NCBI GenBank assembly: GCA_030324005.1
Contig: JARDVH010000149.1
Span: 24,111,561-24,175,560 of the forward strand
Length of the DNA stretch: 64,000 nucleotides
Reading direction: 5' to 3'
From: Negaprion brevirostris
Taxonomy: Eukaryota
In this document: positions 1 to 11,304 of the stretch, piece by piece
Layout: each line of letters begins with the position of its first letter
Position numbering within the stretch: position 1 is the first letter of the stretch
Notes under the pieces: model-generated
The model's database searches: none
What the model was told of the DNA's origin: nothing
Seen by the model: only the letters and a program-made list of their open reading frames with translations
Translations under genes and position numbers: made by a program

Positions 1-90
1 AGAGGTAGGTTCTTTACTCAGAGGGTAGTAAGGGCATGGAATGCCTTGCCTGCAGCAGTTGTGGACTCGCCAACTTTAAGGGCGTTCAAA
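1..90 (+). mobile_element. CR1-clade LINE, 3' ORF2 fragment
   Basis: ggtaggttctttactcagagggtagtaagggcatggaatgccttgcc (FFTQRVVRAWNALP) is the CR1 ORF2 C-terminal motif; similar text occurs near 60258. Confidence 0.8.
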
Positions 91-537
91 TTTTGTGATT
101 TTATGATTCTACAGATCCATAAACATTATTGCACAAATTGATTTTTACTTTACATTTCATTTTTGTTATTTTTCATGGCAATTTTTCCACCCAAATCAAC
201 CTAGAGGACTTGCTTGGTCTGTTAACCATCTTCATGGATACCCTTTAACAGTGGTCTTGGTTGACCTTCAATGTTAGCACATTTCACTAGGAGTAAGCAA
301 GCCTGTCCAAATGCTTATTCCTTTCCTCCAAAGATAGATCATTTACGAGTGATTAACGTTTCTGTAGGAGATTCTGCTCATCAATCAAAACTGGAGTTCT
401 AAAAATTTGGATTTCCTAATAAGGCGTTGTTTTAATATTATTGTAACGTAAGTATGCAGTGATGCAATGAGAATGTGTTTGTGTCAGCTCTGGAATCTAT
501 AGCATTGTGATCTAATGCAATCATTTTATGTTTTCAG

Positions 538-615
538 GAGTGCACAACTGCAGCCTTTGTGGGAATAGGTTCTCATATTATTCTATTCTTTGGAAACACA
601 AGCTTCTTCATGGAG
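538..615 (+). CDS. Internal coding exon of unnamed C2H2 zinc-finger gene (1 finger)
   Basis: Acceptor ttttatgttttcag|, donor GAG|gtacat, 78 nt, phase 1-1. Translates VHNCSLCGNRFSYYSILWKHKLLHG (C-x2-C-x12-H-x3-H). Confidence 0.8.
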
Positions 616-1020
616 GTACATTTTCCTTCAATTCTTTAAGCTAATTGAGGAGACTAAATTTTAGCTAATGTGAAGAATGATGTTTCTTCACTATAAGCAT
701 ATTTTCTTTGCTGAGTTCATTAGATTGAAAACATTGATTAGGAAGTGCATATTTTTCTGTTATTTTCCAGATGAAGCAAGATCTCAGATTTCTCAAACTC
801 TGTCTTTTCTGTAGAATTATTTAAAGACAGGACCAGAAAAGAGCCTGGTGATACCCAGGCTGATGGGTTGAAAATCGTCTCCCATTAGTCGTCAGTGCTG
901 ATCCCCAGTGTTGGACAGGGTTTTTGAGGGAGGCCTTACTGGACTCAATTAAAATTTCGTAAAAGTTGACAGGAAAAGTAGAAGACACAGATCCAGACTG
1001 CCATTTTGTACTTAATTGCT

Positions 1021-1511
1021 GGATGTAATGGAACCTACGAGGGAGCGAACTATCTTAGATCTGGCACTGTGTAACGAGGCAGGTAGAATTAGGGATCTTC
1101 TTGTGAGGGATCCTCTTTGGGATGAGTGATCATAGTATGGTTGAATTTCTGATGCAGATGGAGGATGAGAAAGTAAGGTCTCGAACATGTGTCCTCTGTT
1201 TGAGCAGAGGGAAGTATGATAGGATGAGAGCAGAATTGGCGAATGTAGATTGGGGGCGCAGATTGGTTGGTAGGATGGCTGAGGAACAGTGGAGGATTTT
1301 TAAGGAGATCTTTTTCAGTACTCAGCAGAAATATATTCCGATGGTAAAGAAGGNNNNNNNNNNNNNNNNNNNNNNNNNNNNNNNNNNNNNNNNNNNNNNN
1401 NNNNNNNNNNNNNNNNNNNNNNNNNNNNNNNNNNNNNNNNNNNNNNNNNNNNNGGGGCAGGCTCGAAGGGCTAGATGGCCTACTCCTGCTCCTATTTCTT
1501 ATGTTCTTATG
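1021..1511 (+). mobile_element. CR1 LINE (endonuclease end plus 3' terminus, middle lost in N gap)
   Basis: EPTRERTILDLALCNE and SDHSMVEF are APE-domain C-terminal motifs. After the gap comes the CR1 3' end ggctcgaagggctagatggcctactcctgctcctatttcttatgttcttatg. Confidence 0.85.
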
Positions 1512-1915
1512 AAAAAAGTGTCTTCTCTCTTGGGAGAGCTGTGCAAATGGGGCATCTATTCATCTTGTAGAACAGTAAACAAAAGGAGCAGAGACAGGAA
1601 AGTTAAAAAATGGGACATCTGTGAAAATCCTACCCAGTTGGTTTGAGAGCGACTTTTATTGGGTGGACCTAACCTACAGTGACTAATACAACATTATCAA
1701 GCTGCTTTCTTATTTAAGTTTTTTTTTGTTTGCAGTACATATGTAGCGTGGATCAAGGAGCCACTTTTGGTTGGAGTTCTGAAATGACTAGAGATTTGAG
1801 TGTACAGTAGACTAGCATATAGTACTGATAAAATCATTTAGTTTTATTTACAAGCTTCTAGCTTATGAATGGACCGCATGTAAAATAAGCTCGAGAAATG
1901 TTCTTTTACTTACAG

Positions 1916-2089
1916 GACGAAAGAAACACGTCTGTCTACTGTGTGGATCAGGCTTTTTCCGGTCAAAGGATTTGGATACTCATTTCAAGTCAGAACACTT
2001 TCAGGTCTTTATGTTCAAGTGTCCACATTGTGAAAAAGGTTTCAACCGACTGATTGATGCTCAAAAACACATAATTGTTAGGCATACAG
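1916..2089 (+). CDS. Internal coding exon of unnamed C2H2 gene (2 fingers)
   Basis: Acceptor ttcttttacttacag|, donor CAG|gtaagt, 174 nt, phase 1-1. Translates RKKHVCLLCGSGFFRSKDLDTHFKSEHFQVFMFKCPHCEKGFNRLIDAQKHIIVRHT (two HX4H fingers). Confidence 0.9.
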
Positions 2090-3632
2090 GTAAGTTTACA
2101 GGTGACAAGATAGGACTTGCTTCTTCAAAACTGAGAAAATCTTTAGTNNNNNNNNNNNNNNNNNNNNNNNNNNNNNNNNNNNNNNNNNNNNNNNNNNNNN
2201 NNNNNNNNNNNNNNNNNNNNNNNNNNNNNNNNNNNNNNNNNNNNNNNNNNNNNNNNNNNNNNNNNNNNNNNNNNNNNNNNNNNNNATATAACTGGTAGCT
2301 CAATGATATATAACTTCTTGGTGAAACTAGATCTACACAATTTTGAATACTACTTGGCAGTAGAAGCTCAAAAGAGTGCTTGTTCCTTGCTATTTTGTCC
2401 AGAAGTTAAGAAACAACATGTATGATGATTGCTGTTGGAATCCCCGTGATAAATGGCCCTGAAGGGAGAGGGTTCTTGTCAAAACTTAATTACTAGCTAC
2501 AAATTGGACCTAACCTAGATGAATTATAAGACCTTGAGAAGAACCAAGATACATTTGGACACTAGCATCGCAACATTAAATCAACCAGTTAAAGATAGAA
2601 CAGATTTGCACTCAAGAATGCCCTCATGTTCTCAGGATATCACAAAATGCTTCAAAAGCCAATACGTTACTACAAATGCAGTCATTGTTTGTTGGCAAAA
2701 CTACACTTGCTTTTTTTATGCAAGGTCCTTCCCAAACACAAAACTGAAATGATCAGCAATTTAAATTACAAGAGGCATTCCTTTGGCTTTGATAAAAAGC
2801 TGCGAGGTAATAGAAATCAGAGCACACCATTATTGCATTGTACGAATATGTCAAAGGAGCAGTTTTGTACAGTTGCTTATTTTTGATGAATGTCGATTAG
2901 GAATTCATGTCTACAATGCTAAAACCCTGTCCCTGAGCCAAGAACCGAGCCTTATGAAGTGGCCCCTAGAATCTAGTTGACAGCTATTTACAACACTGAA
3001 CAAAGAGCATGGACAGTCCAATTAAAAAGACAACAAAGAAATTGCTGCACAGTTATATTAAGATCCAGAAAAAACTATCAGTTTTCAACAGAAAAATCCA
3101 AGCTTCAGAAGTTCACAAAAAAATATTGCCCTGAGTATTCCTTCAAATGTTCTTGCCTTTGTACAGAGTACAGGCATTCTCAGTATTCCGGAGAAATGGC
3201 TTAATAGGACTCAACAACACAATGCTTAATCAGTCCTAGCTCACGCTGTCATCAGTTGACAGCAGTACCAGGTATTGAACTTTCTGGGTTGAGGACCAAG
3301 CAGAAAGCAAGACAAAACACTGCTTGAACGTCTGGAAGCCAAAGCTGATGCACAATTCTGGTAGAGGATTTTTATATGCAGGCCTTGACATAAGAAATGC
3401 ATAATGCAAGGAGAATACAGGAACTAAACAAGGAAGTAAATATGGACATTGTAAAAATACATTGCAAGAGCAATATTTACTGCATCTGTTTGTGAAGTCT
3501 GTCTCTGACTGACTGATAGTATACCCAGCATCTTGTAACTGTTCAGACAGTACACTGCAGTCAAACCATCATCAGAGTATAACAATGTAAGTCATTGCTG
3601 AAGTGTTATTTGAGAGTGGGTCAAAGAAGTTA

Positions 3633-3930
3633 GGGCAGCGTGGTTCCAGAATGGCTCACACTGCTGTCTCATAGCATCAGGGCTCTGAGCTGAATTCTGG
3701 TCCTGGGTGACTGGAGTTTGAACATTCTCCACATGTCTGCGTGCTTTCCTCTGGGTGCTCCAGTTTCCTCCCACAGACATGCAGGTTAGATGGATTGGCC
3801 ATGCCAAATTGCCCCATTGTCTCCAAAGATGTGTAGGTTAGGGAGATTAATAGGATAAACATATGGGATTATGGGGATAGGACAAGAGTAGTCTGGGGTA
3901 AGATGCTGTGTCGGAGAGTCAGTGCAACTC
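3633..3930 (+). mobile_element. tRNA-derived SINE (HE1/V-SINE-like)
   Basis: Degenerate tRNA-like head, then the core ggagtttgaacattctccacatgtctgcgtgctttcctctgggtgctccagtttcctcccac...ggttagatggattggccatgc shared by many copies in the window. Confidence 0.8.
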
Positions 3931-4317
3931 CTTGCCACCAGCCTGAACTTACCCAACCCCCAGGACCCTGGCAGCAACTCAGGGACAAATGACTATTGGA
4001 CCTCCTTGATCACCCTTCTCTCTCTCTCCCCTCCACCCCCCCCACCCAACCGCCCAAGATGCAGTAACAAGGTGTCAGCGCCTTGGTACATGGCCTGAAT
4101 GAGGACCTGAGGGGGAAGTGGGCTGAATGAGGTCTGTGTGGGATCAAATCACCCTTATATCTGCATGTTATGTGGGGGTGGGGGGGCAGGGTGGGCAGGG
4201 TGACCCATTATTTAAGGGTTTGGGGCTGATACTCTTCTGAAAAGTTGGTGGTACTCCCCTGAACTCTTGGGGTGAAGCATGCCAGGTGATGAGCAAAGCC
4301 TGCCCAGTGCAGTTCTC

Positions 4318-4480
4318 ACAGTAAGAAGTCTGACAACACTAGGTTTAAGTCCAACCAATTTATTCGATAGTAAACACACAAGCTTGTGAGTTTACTATCA
4401 AATAAATCGGTTGGATTTAAACCTGGTGTTGTCAGACTTCTTACTGTGTTTACCCCAGTCCAACATCGGCATCTCCACAT
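4318..4480. mobile_element. Short palindromic Penelope-like terminal insertion with 13-bp TSD
   Basis: 4317-4448 is a 132-bp palindrome (5 mismatches in 66 pairs). cagtgcagttctc occurs at 4305-4317 and 4481-4493. Family assignment is from recalled similarity to shark Penelope termini. Confidence 0.75.
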
Positions 4481-4727
4481 CAGTGCAGTTCTCGCCAGGG
4501 TACCAGGTGCATAGTGCAGGGGTGGGTGGGGTGTTGTCAACTTTGTGCATTAATTGGTTGCCACCTACTTGGGGCGTGAACCTGATCAGGGCCAGCAAGG
4601 TGGGTGAATCCTGATTTTAGCCCTGACACCTAATCCAGTGGGCAATCGAGATTCCCACCATCAGTGAATTGGACCGGTGGATCCCCCATAACGTAGCACC
4701 TTCATATTAAATGTATTTAACTTTCAG

Positions 4728-4817
4728 ATTTGGAGAACTTTATTTGTCGAATTTGTAACACAAACAGCGAGACAGCTTCAGAACTTCAGAATCACATCAA
4801 AAAGTTCCACTCCCCAA
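4728..4817 (+). CDS. Internal coding exon of unnamed C2H2 gene (1 finger)
   Basis: Acceptor tttaactttcag|, donor CAA|gtaagt, 90 nt, phase 1-1. Translates LENFICRICNTNSETASELQNHIKKFHSP. Confidence 0.88.
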
Positions 4818-5164
4818 GTAAGTGAACTCAAGTTTGTCATCAGTGACAAGTTCATGACTTTTGAAAAAAAGTGTAATTGTTCATTTGGATATCTTCTAAC
4901 AGTGTGCCTATCTATTATACAGTCTGTTTTAAATGTATTAAATTTTACTTCCATATCCTGGAGTATACCCTGTCCCACCAGCAGAATGCATCTATCAGGT
5001 GTGGGAGCAGGCAGGCGAACACATGAAATCTCATAGTATCAGGTCAGACCTGGGCAAGGAAACACCCTGCTCATTACCACCTATTGCCCTCATTCAGCTG
5101 ATGTAACAGTGCCCCACCATGTTGAAAACCTCTAGGGAGATTCATTGAGGGTAGCAAAGGTACA

Positions 5165-5841
5165 GAAGACTAAAGAAATGTGGCATGTCAACTACGACTC
5201 TCAACAACTTCTACAGATGCACATACAACCATAAAGAATGCTTTCTATCACGGCTTGATATGGCTGTTGCTCTGCCTAAGGCATCAAGGAACTATAAAAG
5301 TAGGGGAATGTAGCCCAATCTGTTACGCAAACCAGCCTACTATCCATTGACTCTGACTACACTTCCAATTGCCTCGAAAAAGCAACCAGCATAATTAAGG
5401 ACCTCATGCACTCCAGGCACACACAGTTCCACCACCTTCTGTTGGGAAAAAGATACAAAAGTCTGAGGTTACGTCAAACCGACTCAAAAACAGCGTCTTC
5501 CCTGCTGCTGTCAGGCTTCTGAATGGACTTATCTTGCATTAAGTTGATCTTCCTCTACACCCTAGCTATGACTGTAACACCACATTCTCCACTCTCNNNN
5601 NNNNNNNNNNNNNNNNNNNNNNNNNNNNNNNNNNNNNNNNNNNNNNNNNNNNNNNNNNNNNNNNNNNNNNNNNNNNNNNNNNNNNNNNNNNNNNNNTCTT
5701 GCATTAAGTTGATCTTCCTCTACACCCTAGCTATGACTGTGACACTACATTCTGTGCCCTCTCCTTTCCTTCCCTATGTATGGTATGCTTTGTATAGCAC
5801 ACAAGAAACAATACTTTTCACTGTAAATACATGTGACAATA
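5165..5841 (+). mobile_element. Rex1/Babar-like LINE, 3' fragment
   Basis: RRLKKCGMSTTTLNNFYRC resembles the Rex1 ORF C-terminus. Ends in the pentamer tail aaatgaaatgaaatcaaa. Confidence 0.7.
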
Positions 5842-7793
5842 CTAAATGAAATGAAATCAAAGCCAGGTGATCAACCCTGGTTCAAGAAGAAGTATGAGCG
5901 AATATGCCAGGAGCAGAACCAGGCATAACATGTTTGAGATGCCACTGTCATTAAGGTACAACACAGGACTATTTGTATGCCATATTGCAGAAATAGCATG
6001 CAACAGACAGAGCTAAGCGATTCCACATCTGATCAGATCAAAGCTCTACAGCCCTGCCATATCCATTTGTAACTCGTGGCAGACATTTAAACAACTCACT
6101 GGAGGATGAGGCTGCACAAATATCCCCATCTTAAATGTTGAGAGACTAACACCAGTGTGAAAGACAAGTCTGAAGCATTTGCAGCCACCTTCAGCCAGAA
6201 GTGCCAGGCCATCTTGGCCCTGTCCTGAGATCCATATCATCACAGATGTCAGCATTCAGCCAATTTGTTTCACTCCATGTGATATGGGGCAGCGTGGGCT
6301 CGTTGGGCCAAAGGGCCTGCTTCCCGGGCTGATTTTGTTCTTTGTTCTTTATATCATGAAATGGGTGAAGGCACTGGGTAATGCAAAGGCTACAGGCCCT
6401 GACAACACCATGGCTCTTGTGCTGAAGACATGCTCCAGAACTAGCCATGCTTCTAGCCAAACTATTTCAGTAACTACAACATTGGTATCTACAAAGCAAT
6501 GTGGAAAATTGCCCTGATATGTATTGCATGCAAAAAGTAGAGCAGATCCAATCCAGGCAATACTACCCCATCTGTCTGCTCTCAGTCATAGCAAAGTGAC
6601 GGAAAGTATCGTGAATAGTATTAACAAGCCACACACAGCAATAACCCATTCATTTATGCTTGGCTTTCGCTCCTGACTTCATTTTGGCTTTGTTCCATAC
6701 ACTGACAAAAAAGATGAGGTGAGTGACTGACCTTAACATAAAAACAGTGTTTGACCGAGTGTGATGTCAAGGAACCTGAGCCAAATTGAAGTCAGTGAGA
6801 ATTGGGGAAAAGCTCTGATGATTACACTCATACCTACCATAAAGAAAGATATCCGTCATTGGAACCAATCATCTCAGTCCAAGGAGATCGCTGCAGGAGT
6901 TACTCAGAGTGCTATCTTAAACCCAACCATTTTACCTGCATCAATAACCTTCCTTCCTTTATAAGTTTAGCAGTGTTCATCACCATTTGAAACTCCTTAG
7001 ATACTAAAGCAATCGTAGTCCATATGTAGCAACATCTGTACAACATTTAAACTTGGGCTGATATATAACAAGTAACATTCCTACCACACAGCTGTTAGGC
7101 AGTGATCAATTCCAACAAGAACGNNNNNNNNNNNNNNNNNNNNNNNNNNNNNNNNNNNNNNNNNNNNNNNNNNNNNNNNNNNNNNNNNNNNNNNNNNNNN
7201 NNNNNNNNNNNNNNNNNNNNNNNTGTTAGGCAGTGATCAATTCCAACAAGAACGAACCTACCCACATCCCCATGACATTCAACAGTGTTACCATTGCAGA
7301 AACCTCACTATCAGTAACCTGGGGCTAACCACAAACCGGAACCTGAACTCAACCAGTTGCACCAGCCAGTACTGTGGCTATAAAAGCCAGAGGCTGGAAA
7401 TTCTGCAGCACCTAACACAGTATCTGACTCCTCAAAGCCTGTTCACCACCTACAAGGCACAAGTTGGGACTGTATTAGAAAACTCTCCACTTGACTGGAA
7501 GAGTATTGTTCCAACCTCAAGAAGCCCGCAACACCAAACAACACAAAACGGTCCATCCAATTGAAGCCTTTTCCATCAACTTTGCATTGGTGGTGGTGGG
7601 AGTGAATGCTTAAGTGGCAGCAGTGTTCATCTACAAGATGCACTGATAGCAACTCACCAAAGTTCCTTCTACAGCACCTTTCAAACTCATGACCTCTACC
7701 ACCAAAAAAAGACAAGCACAGTAGATTGGTGGGAACATCATCACCTGTTAGTTTTCCTCCACACACATCAACTTGACTTGGAACCATATTACT

Positions 7794-8052
7794 GGGCAGC
7801 ATGGTGGCACAGTGGTTACCCTTGCTGCGTCACAGTGCCAGGGACCTGGATTCGATTCCTGGCTTGGGTCACTGTCTGTAGAGTTTGCATGTTCTCCCCG
7901 TCTATGTGGGTTTCCTCCAGTTTCCTCCCACTAGTCTAAAACAAGTGCTGGTGCATTGACCCAAACACGCACGGGAATGTGGCGACTATTTCACAGTAAC
8001 TTCTTTGCAATTTAATGTAAGCCTTACTTGTGACTAATAAATAAACTTTACT
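7794..8052 (+). mobile_element. tRNA-derived SINE
   Basis: ggcagcatggtggcacagtggtta (A box), ggattcgattcc (B box), V-SINE-like core, tail taataaataaacttt. Confidence 0.85.
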
Positions 8053-9249
8053 TTTTAACTACTATTCCTTCATTGTCACTGGAAATGCTGGAAAACTGAC
8101 ACCATTATGGATTAACTGGAACAGTTTAAGATGACATCTCCCCACCACCTTCTGATGGCCAACTAAAGGACGGACAACCGGTGCTGACTTTGCCAGTGAC
8201 TCCCACATCCCATGAAATAATTAAAAATAATCCTTGGACAAAGCGGAAAAGGTTGCATTACGAAAAACTATATCCAAGCTTCCTGCACGAGGCTGTCTGG
8301 GAAATAAGCTGGAGTAAGTCACTTACCTTCAGGAATATAGATTAATATATTGGCAGCATTACTGTTGAGAAAGGAATAGTTTTCCACATTAAACAACCAG
8401 GTAGTGACAGGAAATACCTTCAGGACCAAGTGAAGCATGGCAGATGCAGAAAAATAGTTACCCTGTTATTCTTCCATTGTTTGAGTTTTAAGCTCATTTT
8501 TAAAGATGTGCCCATTTCTGTTACCCGAGTGTCATTTTCATTCCCAATTTTGGGATTGGATCCTACATTGGGGAGGGATAGACTAATATTTGGCTCTTTT
8601 AGATTGAAGAATTCAAGTTAGATTCAAATTCAGGTCAGAGTCCTGCGTGCTAACAAAATGCACCATGTAGGAAATATTGTAATGAAACTGAGATATTGAT
8701 TACTTTATCTTCTCATTGATACTCTAATGCTTTTGTTTAGTCCAGATTTTAGTCAATTGAAACCTTCCACAATAAACATTGTAAAGAACCATTATTTTCA
8801 GACAAAAAATTAAAAATCAATAAATCAGTCATGAGTTGTCCCAAAACGCTTCTGCCTTTACTAGGGCAAATCATCAGTGATGAGAATTATATACAGCTCC
8901 TCCAGCTAACTTCCTCTCAGATAAAAATGTTTTTTTTTGCCATAGTAGTTTGGTCATGATCTCTCCAAAACCCTGCTCTTGTTGGAAAGAGATTTTAACT
9001 CAACAGTTGTGCAATAGTAAGAACTGAAACATTATTTCTCCTTCATTCCAAACTTTGTTGTCTTACCACTAAGCTAGTCGGGTTGCAAATCTCTGGTAAC
9101 CTTGATATCTTTTGTCAGCAGACATTTGTTCCTGTGTTAATCAGTTGGCTTTCTCCTGCATTGTGCTTAATCTAGTGGTGCTTTCCTTCATTAATAGTGG
9201 TGTTGACAAACTTCTCTTTTGCATATCTTGAGAAATAAACTGCTGCCTA

Positions 9250-9975
9250 GTTTGATTTGATTTATTGTCACATGTATTAACATAGTGAAAAATATTGTTT
9301 CTTGCATGCTATGCAGACAAAAACATACCGTTCATAGAAAAGGAAACAGGAGAGTGCAGAAAGTAGTGTTATAGTCATAGCTAGGGTGTAGAGAAAGATC
9401 AACTTAATGCAAGGTAAGTCCATTCAAAAGTCTGACAGCNNNNNNNNNNNNNNNNNNNNNNNNNNNNNNNNNNNNNNNNNNNNNNNNNNNNNNNNNNNNN
9501 NNNNNNNNNNNNNNNNNNNNNNNNNNNNNNNNNNNNNNNTGTAGAGAAAGATCAACTTAATGCAAGGTAAGTCCATTCAAAAGTCTGACAGCAACAGGTA
9601 AGGTGGTGTTTGAGTTGGTTGGTACGTGACCTCAGACTTTTGTATCTTTCCGCAGGAAGAAGGTGGAAGAGAGAAATGTTTGGGATGTGTGGGGTCCTTT
9701 TAATTATCCTGTTTTGCCGAGGCAGTGGGAAGTATAGACAGAGTCAGTGGATGGGAGGCTGGTTTGTGTGATGGATTGGGCTACATTTACAACTTTTTGT
9801 AGTTCTTTGAGGTCTTGGACAGAGCAGGAACCATTACCAAGCTGTGATACAACCAGAAAGAATGCTTTCTATGGTGCATTTGTAGAAGTTGGAGAGTCAT
9901 AGCTGACATGCCAAACTTCCTTAGTCTTCTGAGAAAGTAGTGTTGGTGGGCTTTTTAGTGGCAGCATGGGGGAAT
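9250..9975 (-). mobile_element. Rex1/Babar-like LINE, 3' fragment (antisense)
   Basis: Reverse-complement homolog of 5165-5841, e.g. gtcatagctagggtgtagagaaagatcaacttaatgcaag; tail tttgatttgattt. Confidence 0.75.
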
Positions 9976-10063
9976 CCCTACAGAGACTTAATGATTGAAT
10001 TGATCTGAAGTTTTGGATAAAATTGGTCTTAAGCTTTTTGTGTGTTGGAAGTTCTTTGATATT

Positions 10064-10465
10064 GCTGTAACTAGTGGGGTGCCACAGGGGTCAGTCCTTG
10101 GACCTCAACTGTTTACAATCTATATAGATGTTCTGCAAGAAGAGACAGAACGTAACATAGCAAAACAGGTGAAAAAGCAGGTAGTGAAGAGATAAAGATT
10201 TTACAGATGGATGTAGATTGTAGGTAGGCTAGGAGAATAGGTCAAAATTTGGCAGATAGTGTTTAATGTAGATAGGTGTGAGATGACCCATTTTGGCCAA
10301 AAACACAGGCAAATTATCGAAATGGAAAACAGATTCAAAATGCATCTGTGTCTTTATGAATCACAGAAAGTAGGTATGCAGGTATAGCAAGTAAGTAGTA
10401 AAAAAGGCAAATGGCAGACTGTTTGAAGGGCTGAATTGCCTACTTTTGCTCTTAAGTCCTACATT
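10064..10465 (+). mobile_element. Degraded CR1 LINE RT/3' fragment
   Basis: [20 protein letters not shown] motif; 3' end gaagggctgaattgcctacttttgctc. Confidence 0.8.
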
Positions 10466-10828
10466 GTTCATTCCCAATTTGCTTCTCAACCACAGGGTGT
10501 GCTCTTTCCCACATTCACCATTCAGTAAAGCAGTTCTCTGTTGATCGCATCAGTTGCAAGACTGATATGCGTCTTTCAGCAGAACTGGCAACTGTATCAT
10601 AGAGTTGATGTTTTACATAATTGTCACATGTTTGCATCTATAATATTGTGCCCTTTTTGTTTTCCACTTAGTTATTTACTAGTTGTTTTATCTCAGAGTG
10701 GTGTTTAGTTCCAGTTTTAATTTAGTTTTGGAAGTTTTTGTTTCTCAGGCTAGGTTTTTTTTGAAACGAGATGTAATGACTTTGCTTCTCAAAAGGTAAA
10801 AGCTTCTTTATATATTTTTTTTAAACAG

Positions 10829-10902
10829 AAGCCCCTTGCAATCACTGTGACTTTCCATTGGGAAATAAATTGCTACTGCAGAGACACATGGGAAAACATT
10901 GA
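10829..10902 (+). CDS. Last coding exon of unnamed C2H2 gene (1 finger, stop)
   Basis: Acceptor ttttttttaaacag|. In phase 1 it reads (K)APCNHCDFPLGNKLLLQRHMGKH, with TGA at 10900-10902. In frame with exon 4728-4817. Confidence 0.85.
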
Positions 10903-11304
10903 AATAATTTGAGTAAGTATTCCAAGAAAAATGCATTATCACCTGTGAACCATATGTAGATCACGGGATTACTTTAAGCATTCTATCAAAATAAGATTCA
11001 TGCAATCAAGAGTGTCTAGTGAAACAAGAAAGAATGACCTGTTCTTTTTTCTTGGATAAATGATGAAGAGACATAACCCAGTTTATTGAAATAAGGATAT
11101 AATTGATGTGGATGGGAGCAGCTGTTTGACATATACTAAGTGCAGAACTAAAGAACAAAGATACAAAATTAAACAAGCTTCAGTTGAGTTGGAGATCAAT
11201 ATAAGAACTGAATTGCAGCAGAAAGCAGCTGATGGACATACCAAGCACTACTGGGAACAGGATTTGAGATATGGGAGTTAATAAAATTAGTCAGAGCAAA
11301 GTGA

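Larger units (their letters stand above)
5010..8225 (+). mobile_element. Old, heavily degraded LINE (L2/CR1-group), host of nested insertions
   Basis: Decayed RT motifs: KATGPDN (about 6385) and AGVTQSAILNPT resembling [10 protein letters not shown] (about 6895). 3' end ...cccacatcccatgaaataa near 8200-8220. Many stops and frameshifts. Confidence 0.65.

Noticed and set aside
368-447. Possible extra plus-strand exon (tctgtag| ... |gtaagt)
   Set aside because: The phase-1 frame hits TAA, the open frame ends in phase 2 and so does not fit exon 538-615, and it has no finger motif.
771-846. Acceptors at 770 and 814 suggesting a linker exon
   Set aside because: From 771 all frames stop before a good donor. 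From 815 the frame is open but the donor (gtgata) is weak, so it is unsupported.
5533-5760. Direct repeats flanking 100-N gaps (also 7094-7253, 9388-9591, 42286-42524)
   Set aside because: Same sequence on both sides of a fixed-size gap is typical of unmerged contig overlaps, not real tandem duplications.
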